Positions 27,843-37,561 of a stretch of DNA of 64,000 bases are shown piece after piece. The stretch spans positions 1,775,734 to 1,839,733 of the forward strand of contig OY761989.1 in the NCBI GenBank assembly GCA_963665165.1, read 5' to 3'. The first letter of the stretch is position 1. Every line of letters starts with the position of its first letter. Source of the stretch: Arenicellales bacterium. GTDB lineage: Bacteria; Pseudomonadota; Gammaproteobacteria; Arenicellales; Poriferihabitantaceae. Under the pieces are notes generated by a model. The model searched no databases. It saw only the letters and a program-made list of their open reading frames with translations, and was not told the DNA's origin. The position numbers and the translations under genes are program-made.

Positions 27843-29204
27843 ATGATTGAGTTCGAGGCCAACCACTACATGGCGCTGGGGCTGTTCGCCTCCTTTATCG
27901 TTTTCATTTTCCTGGGCTACCCGGTTGCCTGGCTGATGGGGGGGCTGGCGATCCTTTTCACCCTGATATCCGTACTGTCGGATACCTGGCTGGACACGTT
28001 TTTCGGGGTTGACTGGGGATATGCCTCAATCATGGTAGACCGGATTTACGCAGTCATGAGCAACTGGGTGCTGGTCGCCCTGCCGATGTTCATATTCATG
28101 GGAATCATGCTGGACCGGTCGGGTATCGCGGAAGACCTGATGACCGATCTCGCCAGGCTGTTCGGCCGGATGAGAGGCGGCATCGCAATTGCCGTGGTAT
28201 TCATCGGGGTACTGCTGGCCGCGTCAACCGGTATTATCGGCGCGTCTGTCGTGCTCCTCGCAATATTGGGCATCCCGTTGATGCTGAAGAATAAATACAG
28301 CCCGGAACTGTCCTGCGGCGTGGTTTGCGCGACCGGTACGCTGGGGATACTGATTCCACCGAGTATCATGCTGGTCATGATGGGCGACCAGATCGGGATA
28401 TCGGTTGGCGACCTGTTCATGGGGGCGGTATTTCCCGGTTTGCTGTTGGGCGCCCTCTATACGGTCTATATCGTCAGCTATGCGTGGTTTGCGCCCAATG
28501 TGGCGCCCGCTCCTGAAAACGCCGAACCGGTCACGGCAAAAATCCTGCTCAATGTACTCCGGTCCACCATACCTCCGGCGTTGCTTATCTTTGCTGTGCT
28601 CGGCAGTATTTTCTTCGGGATCGCAACCCCGACGGAAGCGTCCGGAGTCGGGGCGCTGGGAGCGACCCTGCTCGCCCTGATGCGCGGCCGCTTATCCTGG
28701 AAGGAATTGAATGATGTCGTCCGGAAAACCTCCAGAACTACCGCCTATATATTTGCGCTGTTTGTCGGCGCGACCGCGTTTTCCCTGGTACTGCGTGGCC
28801 TGGGCGGCGATGAGGTGATCGAGGGAGTACTGACCGCTCTGCCTTTCGGCACCCAGGGTGTGGTTATTGTCGTACTGTTGTCCGCATTCATTCTTGGCTT
28901 CTTTCTGGACTGGATTGAAATTACATTGATCATCCTGCCCCTGATTGCGCCGGTAATCAGCGATCTGGGGGTTAACATTGTATGGTTCACCGTCATGTTC
29001 GCAGTCTGTCTCCAGACCTCCTTCATCACACCGCCGGTCGGTTTCGCGCTTTTCTACATGAAAGGAGTGGCGCCCAAGGGGATTGAGATTACCCAGGTCT
29101 ATAAAGGCGTAATCCCGTTCGTACTCCTTCAGTTGGTTGCCGTATGGGTCATATTCCAATGGCCTTCGCTGGTTACCTGGCTACCTGATATCGCATACCG
29201 GTGA
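27843..29204 (+). CDS. TRAP transporter large permease (DctM type)
   Basis: 453-aa polytopic membrane protein with GTLGILIPPSIMLV and FITPPVGFALFYMKGVAP. Confidence 0.9.
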   Translation: MIEFEANHYMALGLFASFIVFIFLGYPVAWLMGGLAILFTLISVLSDTWLDTFFGVDWGYASIMVDRIYAVMSNWVLVALPMFIFMGIMLDRSGIAEDLMTDLARLFGRMRGGIAIAVVFIGVLLAASTGIIGASVVLLAILGIPLMLKNKYSPELSCGVVCATGTLGILIPPSIMLVMMGDQIGISVGDLFMGAVFPGLLLGALYTVYIVSYAWFAPNVAPAPENAEPVTAKILLNVLRSTIPPALLIFAVLGSIFFGIATPTEASGVGALGATLLALMRGRLSWKELNDVVRKTSRTTAYIFALFVGATAFSLVLRGLGGDEVIEGVLTALPFGTQGVVIVVLLSAFILGFFLDWIEITLIILPLIAPVISDLGVNIVWFTVMFAVCLQTSFITPPVGFALFYMKGVAPKGIEITQVYKGVIPFVLLQLVAVWVIFQWPSLVTWLPDIAYR

Positions 29205-29230
29205 ACCGGCCCGGTATGACTGGCGGCGGT

Positions 29231-31126
29231 CTAGCCGGAACGGGCGGCGGCGGCGCGCCCGGATTTCTTCAGATGAACCAGCAATAGAGAAACGGCAGCC
29301 GGAGTCACTCCTGGAATCCGGGCAGCCTGGCCGATTGTCTGCGGGCGGGTTTCGGTCAATTTCTGTTGAACTTCAGCAGACAGTCCTCTCACCCCGGAGT
29401 AATCCACCGACTGCGGGATCGTCAACCGGTCACTGTTTTTCTGACGCTCGATTTCGATCATCTGGCGCTCGATATAACCACTGTACCGGGCCTGGATCTC
29501 AAGCTGCCGGATGCTGTCCGGATCGTCAAGCGGAGCATCCAGTCCAGCCAGTTCAACCAGGCCGTGGTAATCCGTCTCCGGTCTCCTCAGCAGATCGAGC
29601 AGATTGCTTTCCCGTTGCAATGGCTGGCCGAGAAGCCTTCGAATCCGCGCCGGATCGGTTTTATCCGGATGGATCCAGGTTCTCTCCAATCGCCCTTTTT
29701 CCCTTTCAATCCGGTTCCTTTTCAGGTTGAAGGCAGCGATGCGCTGATCGTCCACCACTCCCAGCCGGAAGCCCTTCTCGGTCAATCGCAGGTCGGCGTT
29801 ATCTTCACGAAGCTGTAGTCGATATTCGGCGCGGGAAGTAAACATCCGGTAAGGCTCGGAGGTGCCGCGAGTCACCAGATCATCAATCATCACCCCGATA
29901 TAGGCCTCGTTTCGAGCCGGGCTCCAGGGTTCCTCCTGCTTGATCTTCAACGCCGCATTGATACCTGCAATCAAACCCTGGCCGGCCGCCTCCTCATAGC
30001 CGGTGGTGCCATTAATCTGTCCGGCAAAGAACAGTCCGCCGACCGATCTGGTTTCCAGGGAGTTGTTCAAGCCGCGTGGGTCGAAAAAATCATATTCAAT
30101 AGCATAGCCGGGGCGGGTGATCAGGGCCCGCTCAAAGCCTTTGATGGTTCTCACGAAGGCATGTTGCACATCGAACGGCAGGCTGGTGGAAATGCCGTTG
30201 GGATATACTTCCGTGGTGTTCAGTCCTTCCGGTTCGACAAAAATCTGGTGGCTGTCCTGGTCGCCGAAGCGCACCACCTTGTCCTCGACCGAGGGACAGT
30301 ATCGCGGCCCCACTCCTTCAATTTCTCCGCCGTAAAGCGGTGATCTGTGCAGGGATTCCCGGATGATTTCGTGGGTCCGGTCATTGGTATGCGTAATGTG
30401 GCAGCAGACCTGCTCAGGATGCTGCTCTGCGCTGCCGAGAAAAGAGAACACGGGTACAGGCCGGTCACCCGGTTGTTTTTCCAGTTCACTATAGTCGATG
30501 GTTTTGCCGTCGATCCGCGGCGGGGTTCCGGTTTTCAGACGGTCAACGCGAAACGGCAACTCCCGCAACCGGTTTGCCAGTGCGATGGACGGAGGGTCGC
30601 CTGCCCGGCCTCCTGTGGAATGGTCCATTCCGACATGGATTTTACCGTTCAGAAAAGTCCCTGCCGTCAAGACCACTACCGGCGCTTCAATCTCGATTCC
30701 CGACCCGGTTCTGATCCCGCTCACCCGGTCTCCCTGCAAGACCAGGTCATCGACGGATTGCTGGAATACGGTCAGGCCAGGCTGGCGCTCGATCGCTCTT
30801 CGAATCGCAATTTTATACAGCGCCCGGTCCGCCTGGGCGCGCGTCGCCTGTACCGCCGGACCTTTCCGGGAATTCAATATGCGAAAATGAATGCCTGATT
30901 GATCGATCGCCCTGGCCATGACGCCGCCGAGAGCGTCAATCTCCTTGACAATATGGCCTTTGCCAATTCCGCCTATCGCCGGATTGCATGACATTTGCCC
31001 GATCGTTTCGATATTGTGGGTAACCAACAGGGTCCGGCAGTTCATCCGGGCAGCCGCCAGCGCCGCCTCCACGCCGGCATGACCGCCTCCGATCACCACT
31101 ATCTCGAATTTTTCCGGATACTTCAT
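29231..31126 (-). CDS. mnmG: tRNA uridine 5-carboxymethylaminomethyl modification enzyme MnmG (GidA)
   Basis: [28 protein letters not shown]...[23 protein letters not shown]. Confidence 0.95.
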   Translation of the reverse strand: MKYPEKFEIVVIGGGHAGVEAALAAARMNCRTLLVTHNIETIGQMSCNPAIGGIGKGHIVKEIDALGGVMARAIDQSGIHFRILNSRKGPAVQATRAQADRALYKIAIRRAIERQPGLTVFQQSVDDLVLQGDRVSGIRTGSGIEIEAPVVVLTAGTFLNGKIHVGMDHSTGGRAGDPPSIALANRLRELPFRVDRLKTGTPPRIDGKTIDYSELEKQPGDRPVPVFSFLGSAEQHPEQVCCHITHTNDRTHEIIRESLHRSPLYGGEIEGVGPRYCPSVEDKVVRFGDQDSHQIFVEPEGLNTTEVYPNGISTSLPFDVQHAFVRTIKGFERALITRPGYAIEYDFFDPRGLNNSLETRSVGGLFFAGQINGTTGYEEAAGQGLIAGINAALKIKQEEPWSPARNEAYIGVMIDDLVTRGTSEPYRMFTSRAEYRLQLREDNADLRLTEKGFRLGVVDDQRIAAFNLKRNRIEREKGRLERTWIHPDKTDPARIRRLLGQPLQRESNLLDLLRRPETDYHGLVELAGLDAPLDDPDSIRQLEIQARYSGYIERQMIEIERQKNSDRLTIPQSVDYSGVRGLSAEVQQKLTETRPQTIGQAARIPGVTPAAVSLLLVHLKKSGRAAAARSG

Positions 31127-31158
31127 TGGCCAGGGCTGGAATCACTTGCAGTCAACGT

Positions 31159-32973
31159 CTATTGATAATAATAATCATACTTCCGCAGAATCTCCCAGGT
31201 AAATCCCCAAGCCTCGTTGAAAGTCAGATTACTGTTGTCGGGAATCACGATCCGGGTATACAGCGACTTGCCCAACCGGTTTTTCAGGTCTTCCAGAATT
31301 GAATCCAGTTGCTCCCGGGGAACCGTTACCAGACCGGGGTCGTCCGGTCGCTTGATGCTGTAGGACAGGGTTCCGGCGATTTTCACCACCCGGACTTCCG
31401 CCACTGTCTTACCCGCCGGACTCCTGGCGGGACGAACCAGCTTGCGATATTGAACGTCCAGACTTTCGTACTCTTCCTGCAGGGTTCGATACTGTTGGGA
31501 AGCAGTATCCGCGCTCGCTTTCAGAGAGGCAATCTCCACTTCCCGTTGCTCGATCAATTCTTTCAGTGACAAAATCTCATCGGTCACTCGGGTGTATCGT
31601 TCCGCTGCGCTTTCATTGATTCTTTCCACTTGCGCCATTTCTTCGGTCAACAATTGATTCTCAAGAGCGGATCGGGACAGCAATCGTCTCAAGTGTTCGA
31701 GTTGCTCCGACAGAGTGTAGATGCGTTCTTCCAATGTGGCTCTTTCGTCAATCAGGGAAGCGACTTCAGCTTCAGACTGCAACTTCAACTCCGCCAGCGC
31801 TTCATCCAGAAATCCGATATTCCGGGTTAAAAGCAGTTCGTTGGCCGTCAGCCTTACCAGTTCGTCCTGTAACCCGCGCTCACTCTCGGTCAGCAAACCA
31901 ATCTGTTCACGCGCCTCCGTCAGGGATTCCGACAGTGAAGTCCGTTCGGCTTCGACGCCTTGCAACGCGGCTTCAAGATCGGACTTTTGCCGGGCCAGTT
32001 CCTCCCGCGCCGCAATCAGTAACCCCACTTCATCCTGCAATTCGCGCTCACTCCCGGTCAGCAAACCAATCTGTTCACGCGCCTCCGTCAGGGATTCCGA
32101 CAGTGAAGTCCGTTCGGCTTCGACGCCTTGCAACGCGGCTTCAAGATCGGACTTTTGCCGGGCCAGTTCCTCCCGCGCCGCAATCAGTAACCCCACTTCA
32201 TCCTGCAATTCGCGCTCACTCCCGGTCAGCAAACCAATCTGTTCACGCGCCTCCGTCAGGGATTCCGACAGTGAAGTCCGTTCGGCTTCGACACCTTGCA
32301 ACGCGGCTTCAAGATCGGACTTTTGCCGGGCCAGTTCCTCCCGCGCCGCAATCAGTAACCCCACTTCATCCTGCAATTCGCGCTCACTCCCGGTCAGCAA
32401 ACCAATCTGTTCGCGCGCCTCCGTCAGGGATTCCGACAGCGAGGCCCGTTCGGCTTCGACACCTTGCAACGCAGCTTCGAGATCGGACTTTTCCCGTATC
32501 AAAGCCACTGTGTCGGCAGTCAGGCCCTCAACCTTGACCGAAGTCTCAAGCTGGGCCTGTTGCAACCGCACATTTGCCTGCTCAAGCTCCCCCCGCGCCA
32601 CGATCACTGACTCCAGGTTCGCCTCCAGTTCAAGCTGGTTCTCGGCCAGCGAGGCAATCCGGTCAAGCGCCTGCGCCAGTGATATCGACAGTGAGGTTCG
32701 TTCGGTTTCCGTGCTTTGCAGAGAGGCTTCCAACTCCGTATTTTTTTGCACCAGATCCTGATTGGCCAGCATCACAGCCTCCCTGGCTGAGATATTGGTC
32801 AGTAACTCGCTGCTCAATCCGAAATTGCGCACCATGATGACGACCAGCGTCATCAGGAATATCATCACGATCACAGTCATGACATCGGTGAACGACGGCC
32901 ATACGCTATCATCCCCGATACCGGCGGCGCCGTGACCGATCCTGAGATCGACAAAGCCGTTGGTTTTCAGCAT
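31159..32973 (-). CDS. Single-TM ExbD/TolR/MotB-like protein with ~460-aa coiled coil and an ExbD-like C-terminal domain
   Basis: The N-terminal SVWPSFTDVMTVIVMIFLMTLVVIMV is a stator-type TM with the conserved Asp context. A long heptad-rich region with 56-aa repeats follows. The C-terminus (LVRPARS...YTRIVIPDNSNLTFNEAWGFTWEIL) is patterned like the ExbD/TolR periplasmic domain. Confidence 0.6.
   Translation of the reverse strand: MLKTNGFVDLRIGHGAAGIGDDSVWPSFTDVMTVIVMIFLMTLVVIMVRNFGLSSELLTNISAREAVMLANQDLVQKNTELEASLQSTETERTSLSISLAQALDRIASLAENQLELEANLESVIVARGELEQANVRLQQAQLETSVKVEGLTADTVALIREKSDLEAALQGVEAERASLSESLTEAREQIGLLTGSERELQDEVGLLIAAREELARQKSDLEAALQGVEAERTSLSESLTEAREQIGLLTGSERELQDEVGLLIAAREELARQKSDLEAALQGVEAERTSLSESLTEAREQIGLLTGSERELQDEVGLLIAAREELARQKSDLEAALQGVEAERTSLSESLTEAREQIGLLTESERGLQDELVRLTANELLLTRNIGFLDEALAELKLQSEAEVASLIDERATLEERIYTLSEQLEHLRRLLSRSALENQLLTEEMAQVERINESAAERYTRVTDEILSLKELIEQREVEIASLKASADTASQQYRTLQEEYESLDVQYRKLVRPARSPAGKTVAEVRVVKIAGTLSYSIKRPDDPGLVTVPREQLDSILEDLKNRLGKSLYTRIVIPDNSNLTFNEAWGFTWEILRKYDYYYQ
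31876..32495. repeat. Tandem repeat, 168-bp unit, ~3.7 copies, inside the coiled-coil gene
   Basis: Units start at 31876, 32044, 32212 and 32380. Units 1-3 differ by single substitutions and unit 4 is more diverged. Confidence 0.9.
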
Positions 32974-33000
32974 TCAGCAGTCCGGGTCCAGGGTTCCAGG

Positions 33001-34017
33001 CTAGGGTTCCAGGCCTCCGGGACGCAACCGGAATCCACGTTGCAACAGGGTCACAACCTCATTCAGATTCTCATTATTCTGGTTGGTCGTGGACATCTGG
33101 ACTTCAATCATTTCCCGAATCAGGGCCAGCATTTCCTGATTGCCCTGGTCTTCCATTGCCCGGGACTCAAGCAATTCCGTCAGTTTCTGTGTCACCCTTT
33201 CCTGAGCCTGTCCCAGTTTTTCAATCAACTCACCGGCGGACTGGATATCCGAGAAATCCAGCGCCTCCTCTTCCTGGCCGCTCTGGAGATGCGGCATCAA
33301 TACGGTTGCGGTCACTTCCTCGACCTTGCTGATCAGGAAAGTCTGGGTATCGGTCAGTTTGATATAAAAATAGCCGAAGAACAAATACGCGAGGATTGCG
33401 GTCAGGGTGGTGGACAATGCGGTGGACATACCGAAAATCATGGTGCCCAATCCTTGTCCGCTTTCCTGGTCGCCACCCGGAAGAATATTGATCTGCCCGC
33501 TGCTCTGCAAAATATCAGAGGCTCCCAGCAGCGAAATCGACAGGGAGACGATCGTTCCGAACACGCCGGTCAGGATCAGCACATTGTGGACGAATTTCAA
33601 AAAACTGTTACGACTGGATTCAGAAGCCAGCAAGGTGGCGGCCAGGGCATTCTGATTGATGTCCTTGCGCCGAAGGCTCAGTGACTGAAGGGTCAGAAAC
33701 CGTTCAGAGATCATCATCTTGCGGGGAATTCCAATCAATGGTTCACTGTCTGAACCGAGGTTGGACTGCAACCGGTTGATCGCCTGCTCCTGGACCCGAT
33801 ACTCCATAAATCGTTTGATCAGTTCAAACATGCCGCAAACAAACAGAAGCAGGATACCTCCGTTGATCAGCCAGCCCACCGCGTTGACCTGGTTATGGAA
33901 ATAAATCTGTGTGATGAGGTCCCGCTGCCAAACCCCCGCGATCACCAGAATTCCCAGAACCAGCAATATTTGCAACAGAATACTTCGAGTGTAATTATGT
34001 GGAGTAGAGTCAATCAT
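33001..34017 (-). CDS. MotA/TolQ/ExbB-family proton-channel-like protein with a helical acidic C-terminal tail
   Basis: Four predicted TMs. GVFGTIVSLSISLLG and GLGTMIFGMSTALSTTLTAILAYLFFGYF resemble the conserved channel helices of MotA/ExbB/TolQ. An acidic helical tail of about 110 aa follows. Confidence 0.7.
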   Translation of the reverse strand: MIDSTPHNYTRSILLQILLVLGILVIAGVWQRDLITQIYFHNQVNAVGWLINGGILLLFVCGMFELIKRFMEYRVQEQAINRLQSNLGSDSEPLIGIPRKMMISERFLTLQSLSLRRKDINQNALAATLLASESSRNSFLKFVHNVLILTGVFGTIVSLSISLLGASDILQSSGQINILPGGDQESGQGLGTMIFGMSTALSTTLTAILAYLFFGYFYIKLTDTQTFLISKVEEVTATVLMPHLQSGQEEEALDFSDIQSAGELIEKLGQAQERVTQKLTELLESRAMEDQGNQEMLALIREMIEVQMSTTNQNNENLNEVVTLLQRGFRLRPGGLEP

Positions 34018-34163
34018 TCTATTTTTCCAGGTTCATTCGTATCGGGTTCGGCTGGTCCATCCGGTGGGCGCCGCCGGCAGAACTGCACGATATTATACCG
34101 GATTATACAAGTAATTATTTTCCGCAGGAAAAACATTCCAGGGGCCGACTGGCAGTACGGATG

Positions 34164-35588
34164 TCATTTACCGATACAGAATGTGCTGAAGATCATTCCG
34201 AGCAGATCGTCACTGCTGATTTCGCCGGTAATCCCGGACAGCGCGCGCTGACAGGAGTTCAAGTCTTCGGCAAGCAATTCGCCGGCACGGAATGTTTTCT
34301 GTTGTTCCAGGCCATGGAGCAGGAACTTCTCAGCCCGGTCCAGTGCATCGATATGTCTTGCCCTGGCGAGAAAATGACTGTCGTCAACATCACGAAACCC
34401 GGCAATGCGCCTGATTTTTTCCTTCAGCATGTCAATACCCTCACCGGTGAGCGCGGACACACATACCTCGTTTTCAGACCCGGAAGCGGGTCGGCCGGTC
34501 AGGTCGATTTTATTCCGTACCAGCAGGACCGGGGCCGGCGTATCCAACTCCTGCAAAAGGGAATTCGTCCGAAGATCCGGGGTATCAGAGTCATCAACCA
34601 CCAGAAGCGCCAGCCCGGCGCGGTTCTGCTGCTGGATCGCCCGGCGCACCCCTTCCGCTTCAATTTCGCTGGCGGCCGGTCTGATTCCTGCGGTATCGAC
34701 AATTTCCACAGGCAGCCCGTCCAGGTCGATGAACTGTCCCAGCACGTCCCGTGTAGTTCCGGGAATGTCGCTGACAATCGCCCGTGGGGCATTGCACAAA
34801 TAATTGAGCAGACTGGATTTTCCCGCATTCGGCAACCCCGTCAACACCACCTTCAGACCCTCCCGCAACAACATTCCCTGTTTACTGGCCTTTTTCAGCG
34901 AAGCGAATAATGACGACAAATGTTCAAGTTGATCGACCACCCTGGCGTCTTCGAGAAAATCTATTTCCTCATCCGGGAAATCAATGGCGGCTTCGACAAA
35001 AATCCGCAGGCGGGTCACCTCCTCCACCAATTCGTTGATCCGCCTCGAAAAGCCGCCCTGAAGCGACTGGACCGCGGATCTGGCCGCAGCCTGTGTGCTG
35101 CTGTCGATCAAATCCGCAATCGCCTCCGCCTGGGTCAAATCCAGCCGCCCGTTCAGGAAGGCGCGTTTGGAGAATTCACCGGGCTGAGCCAGTCTGGCGC
35201 CCGACGCCAGGCAATTCTGCAACAACATCTGCATCACCACGGGGCTGCCGTGAGCCTGGAGTTCGAGTGTCGATTCCCCGGTAAAACTGTGTGGAGCGGG
35301 GAAATACAAGGCAATTCCATTGTCAATGACCAGACCGTCCCGGTCCAGGAAATCGGTATGGCGAGCATGGCGGGGAGCCGGGCACACACCGACCAGCCGA
35401 TTGGCGATACGGACCACATCCGGGCCGGACAGGCGGATAATGCTGATTCCGCCGCGGCCCGGCGGCGTCGCAACAGCGACAATGGTATCGATACTTGCGA
35501 AGCCGGGTGAAATCCCGGATTCCGGTTCAGGGCAGGCTCCTGAATCAGACACTCTGGAATTTTCGGGTAATATAGTATTGCTGTGCAA
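34164..35588 (-). CDS. mnmE: tRNA modification GTPase MnmE (TrmE)
   Basis: DTIVAVATPPGRGGISIIRLSG, the G-domain GLPNAGKSSLLN and DTAGIR, and the C-terminal CIGK. The start is uncertain: ATG 35588 overlaps yidC by 44 nt, and GTG 35552 is an alternative. Either start gives an unusual N-terminal extension of about 20-30 aa. Confidence 0.9.
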   Translation of the reverse strand: MHSNTILPENSRVSDSGACPEPESGISPGFASIDTIVAVATPPGRGGISIIRLSGPDVVRIANRLVGVCPAPRHARHTDFLDRDGLVIDNGIALYFPAPHSFTGESTLELQAHGSPVVMQMLLQNCLASGARLAQPGEFSKRAFLNGRLDLTQAEAIADLIDSSTQAAARSAVQSLQGGFSRRINELVEEVTRLRIFVEAAIDFPDEEIDFLEDARVVDQLEHLSSLFASLKKASKQGMLLREGLKVVLTGLPNAGKSSLLNYLCNAPRAIVSDIPGTTRDVLGQFIDLDGLPVEIVDTAGIRPAASEIEAEGVRRAIQQQNRAGLALLVVDDSDTPDLRTNSLLQELDTPAPVLLVRNKIDLTGRPASGSENEVCVSALTGEGIDMLKEKIRRIAGFRDVDDSHFLARARHIDALDRAEKFLLHGLEQQKTFRAGELLAEDLNSCQRALSGITGEISSDDLLGMIFSTFCIGK

Positions 35589-37275
35589 TGGAAAGCAGGT
35601 TATTGACCACCCAGTAAAGAACCAGGCCAGCCGGGAACCACAGGAAGAAGATGGTAAACACGAAAGGCAGCGCCATCATGATCTTTTTCTGGATCGGATC
35701 GACCGGGGCGGGATTCAGAAAGTGCTGGGCCAGCATCGAAAGTCCCATGATGATCGGCAATACAAAGTACGGGTCCGGTAATGAAAGGTCATTCAGCCAC
35801 CACATGAAATTAGCCTGGCGCAACTCCACACTCTCCAGCAGGGTCCAGTACAATGCGATGAATACCGGAATCTGCACCAGCACGGGCAGACACCCGCCCG
35901 CCGGATTCACTTTTTCCTGCTTGTAGAGTTTCATCATCTCCTGTTGAAACTTCTGCTTGTCCCCGCTGTACCGTTCTTTCAGTGTCGCCATTCTCGGCTG
36001 GAGCTTTTTCATCTTCGCCATCGACTTGTAACTGGCCGCTGAAAGAGGGTAGAAAACCGCCTTGACCAGAACCGTCAGCAGAATAATGGCCCATCCCCAG
36101 TTCAGGGTGACCCCGTATATCTTGCTCAACAACCAGAACAGGGGATTGGCGAGCGGAGTGAACCAGCCGTAGTCCACCGTCAATTTCAATCCGTTCTTGT
36201 TCTGCCGGTCGAGACGCACCTGTTCTTTCGGTCCGACGAACAGCGCGGTCGGCACCACCCCGGTCTGACCGGGATGGACCGTTACCGGCCGGGTTGTCTT
36301 GTAGCCGATGCGGTATTCGGGTTTGGGCGTGTGGTTGTTCACGCCCGAATACAACTGGTAATAATCGGACTCCATCGGCAGCCAGGCGGCCACAAAGTAA
36401 TGCTGCAGCATCGCGACCCACCCATCCGCCGTGGTCATGTTCAATGTTTCGTCCTGAATCTCGCCGTAGTCGATTTTGTCGTACTTGTCTTCCTCGGTAT
36501 AAATCGCCGCCCCGTTGTAGCTGGGTATCCGCCCCAGGAAACCCATTGACCCCGGCTGTTCGATTTCAGTTTGCTTCAACTGTCCGTAAACGAAACCCGT
36601 CCAGGGCTGGTCACTGTTGTTGGCGACCTGGAAATCAACCTCTATCCGGTAGCTGTCTCTCTGGAAACGATAGATTTTTGCATAATCCACTCCATCCGGG
36701 GCGCTCCAGGTCAGCGCCACATCCAGATTCTGGTCGTCGCCCAACTGGTACTCGAACCGGGACGCGGAAAACTCGACATTGTGAGTGGGATACTCCCGAT
36801 CCTGTCCGATCAACCCGCTTTGCGCGACGAACAGGTCCGGATTGTCCCTGTGCATCAGCACGAACGGAACATCGGGCGTATCCACACTGACCGGATGCTT
36901 CAGCAATTCCACCCGGATCAGGTCCCCGCCGCGGGGGTCGATTTGCGCTTTGACCAGGTCTGTCGTGACCTGAATAATCCGGCCATCTTCGCCCCCCGCG
37001 GCTGATGCCGATGCCACACCGACCTCGTCAACCGGGGCGCCCGACCCGGCGCTGTCGATGTTGGCCGTTATCTCGGGGGCGGTAGGCACATCCTCGGTCA
37101 AAGCGGCACGGGGGATATCGACGTCTGATCCTGACCGGACCGCGCCCTGTCCGGCAGTCGGGACGTTTGCGGCCAATCTTTCGCGCTGGAATTCCACCCA
37201 GGATTGCCAGATCATGACCAGCACCAGACCAAGCGCCACGAACAGCATGATTTTTTGAAATGGCATGTTACTCAA
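35545..37275 (-). CDS. yidC: Membrane protein insertase YidC
   Basis: 576 aa: large periplasmic domain followed by WGWAIILLTVLVKAVFYPLS...GCLPVLVQIPVFIALY. Confidence 0.95.
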   Translation of the reverse strand: MSNMPFQKIMLFVALGLVLVMIWQSWVEFQRERLAANVPTAGQGAVRSGSDVDIPRAALTEDVPTAPEITANIDSAGSGAPVDEVGVASASAAGGEDGRIIQVTTDLVKAQIDPRGGDLIRVELLKHPVSVDTPDVPFVLMHRDNPDLFVAQSGLIGQDREYPTHNVEFSASRFEYQLGDDQNLDVALTWSAPDGVDYAKIYRFQRDSYRIEVDFQVANNSDQPWTGFVYGQLKQTEIEQPGSMGFLGRIPSYNGAAIYTEEDKYDKIDYGEIQDETLNMTTADGWVAMLQHYFVAAWLPMESDYYQLYSGVNNHTPKPEYRIGYKTTRPVTVHPGQTGVVPTALFVGPKEQVRLDRQNKNGLKLTVDYGWFTPLANPLFWLLSKIYGVTLNWGWAIILLTVLVKAVFYPLSAASYKSMAKMKKLQPRMATLKERYSGDKQKFQQEMMKLYKQEKVNPAGGCLPVLVQIPVFIALYWTLLESVELRQANFMWWLNDLSLPDPYFVLPIIMGLSMLAQHFLNPAPVDPIQKKIMMALPFVFTIFFLWFPAGLVLYWVVNNLLSIAQQYYITRKFQSV

Positions 37276-37324
37276 TTTTCAGCCGGGTTCATCCGAATAT
37301 GGGTGATATGCGACAGGGCTCCGA

Positions 37325-37561
37325 TCAACGCAATCTGCCTTCCGGAACCGGATCGTCCCCCCCTTCATGCCAGGGATGGCAGCGTCCAATCCGCCTGGCT
37401 GTCAGCCAGGCGCCGGAAATCACGCCATGCCGCTCGACCGCTTCAATCGCATACCTCGAACAGCTTGGCTGGAAACGGCAGTTCTGCCGCAGGAAAGGAC
37501 TCAGCGCCATCCGGTAAATCCGAATCAGGGCAATTACGGTTTTTTCCGGTAGCTTTTGCAT
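37325..37561 (-). CDS. yidD: Membrane protein insertion efficiency factor YidD
   Basis: [34 protein letters not shown]...[15 protein letters not shown]. Confidence 0.9.
   Translation of the reverse strand: MQKLPEKTVIALIRIYRMALSPFLRQNCRFQPSCSRYAIEAVERHGVISGAWLTARRIGRCHPWHEGGDDPVPEGRLR

Noticed and set aside
31876-32495. Possible CRISPR array, given regularly spaced identical repeats
   Set aside because: The units are contiguous 168-bp repeats with no unique spacers. They lie in frame inside a long ORF, and no cas genes are nearby.
31721-32761. 346-aa Ser/Ala/Arg-rich repeat protein (and a 267-aa ORF) on the plus strand of the tandem-repeat region
   Set aside because: It is the antisense reading of the coiled-coil gene. 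The minus strand has a start, a TM, heptad periodicity and a folded C-terminal domain, while the plus-strand product is low-complexity.
34018-34163. Possible oriC or DnaA-box cluster near mnmE/mnmG and upstream of rpmH (38071-38236)
   Set aside because: I found no TTATCCACA-like 9-mers or AT-rich 13-mer repeats by eye, and the spacers are short.
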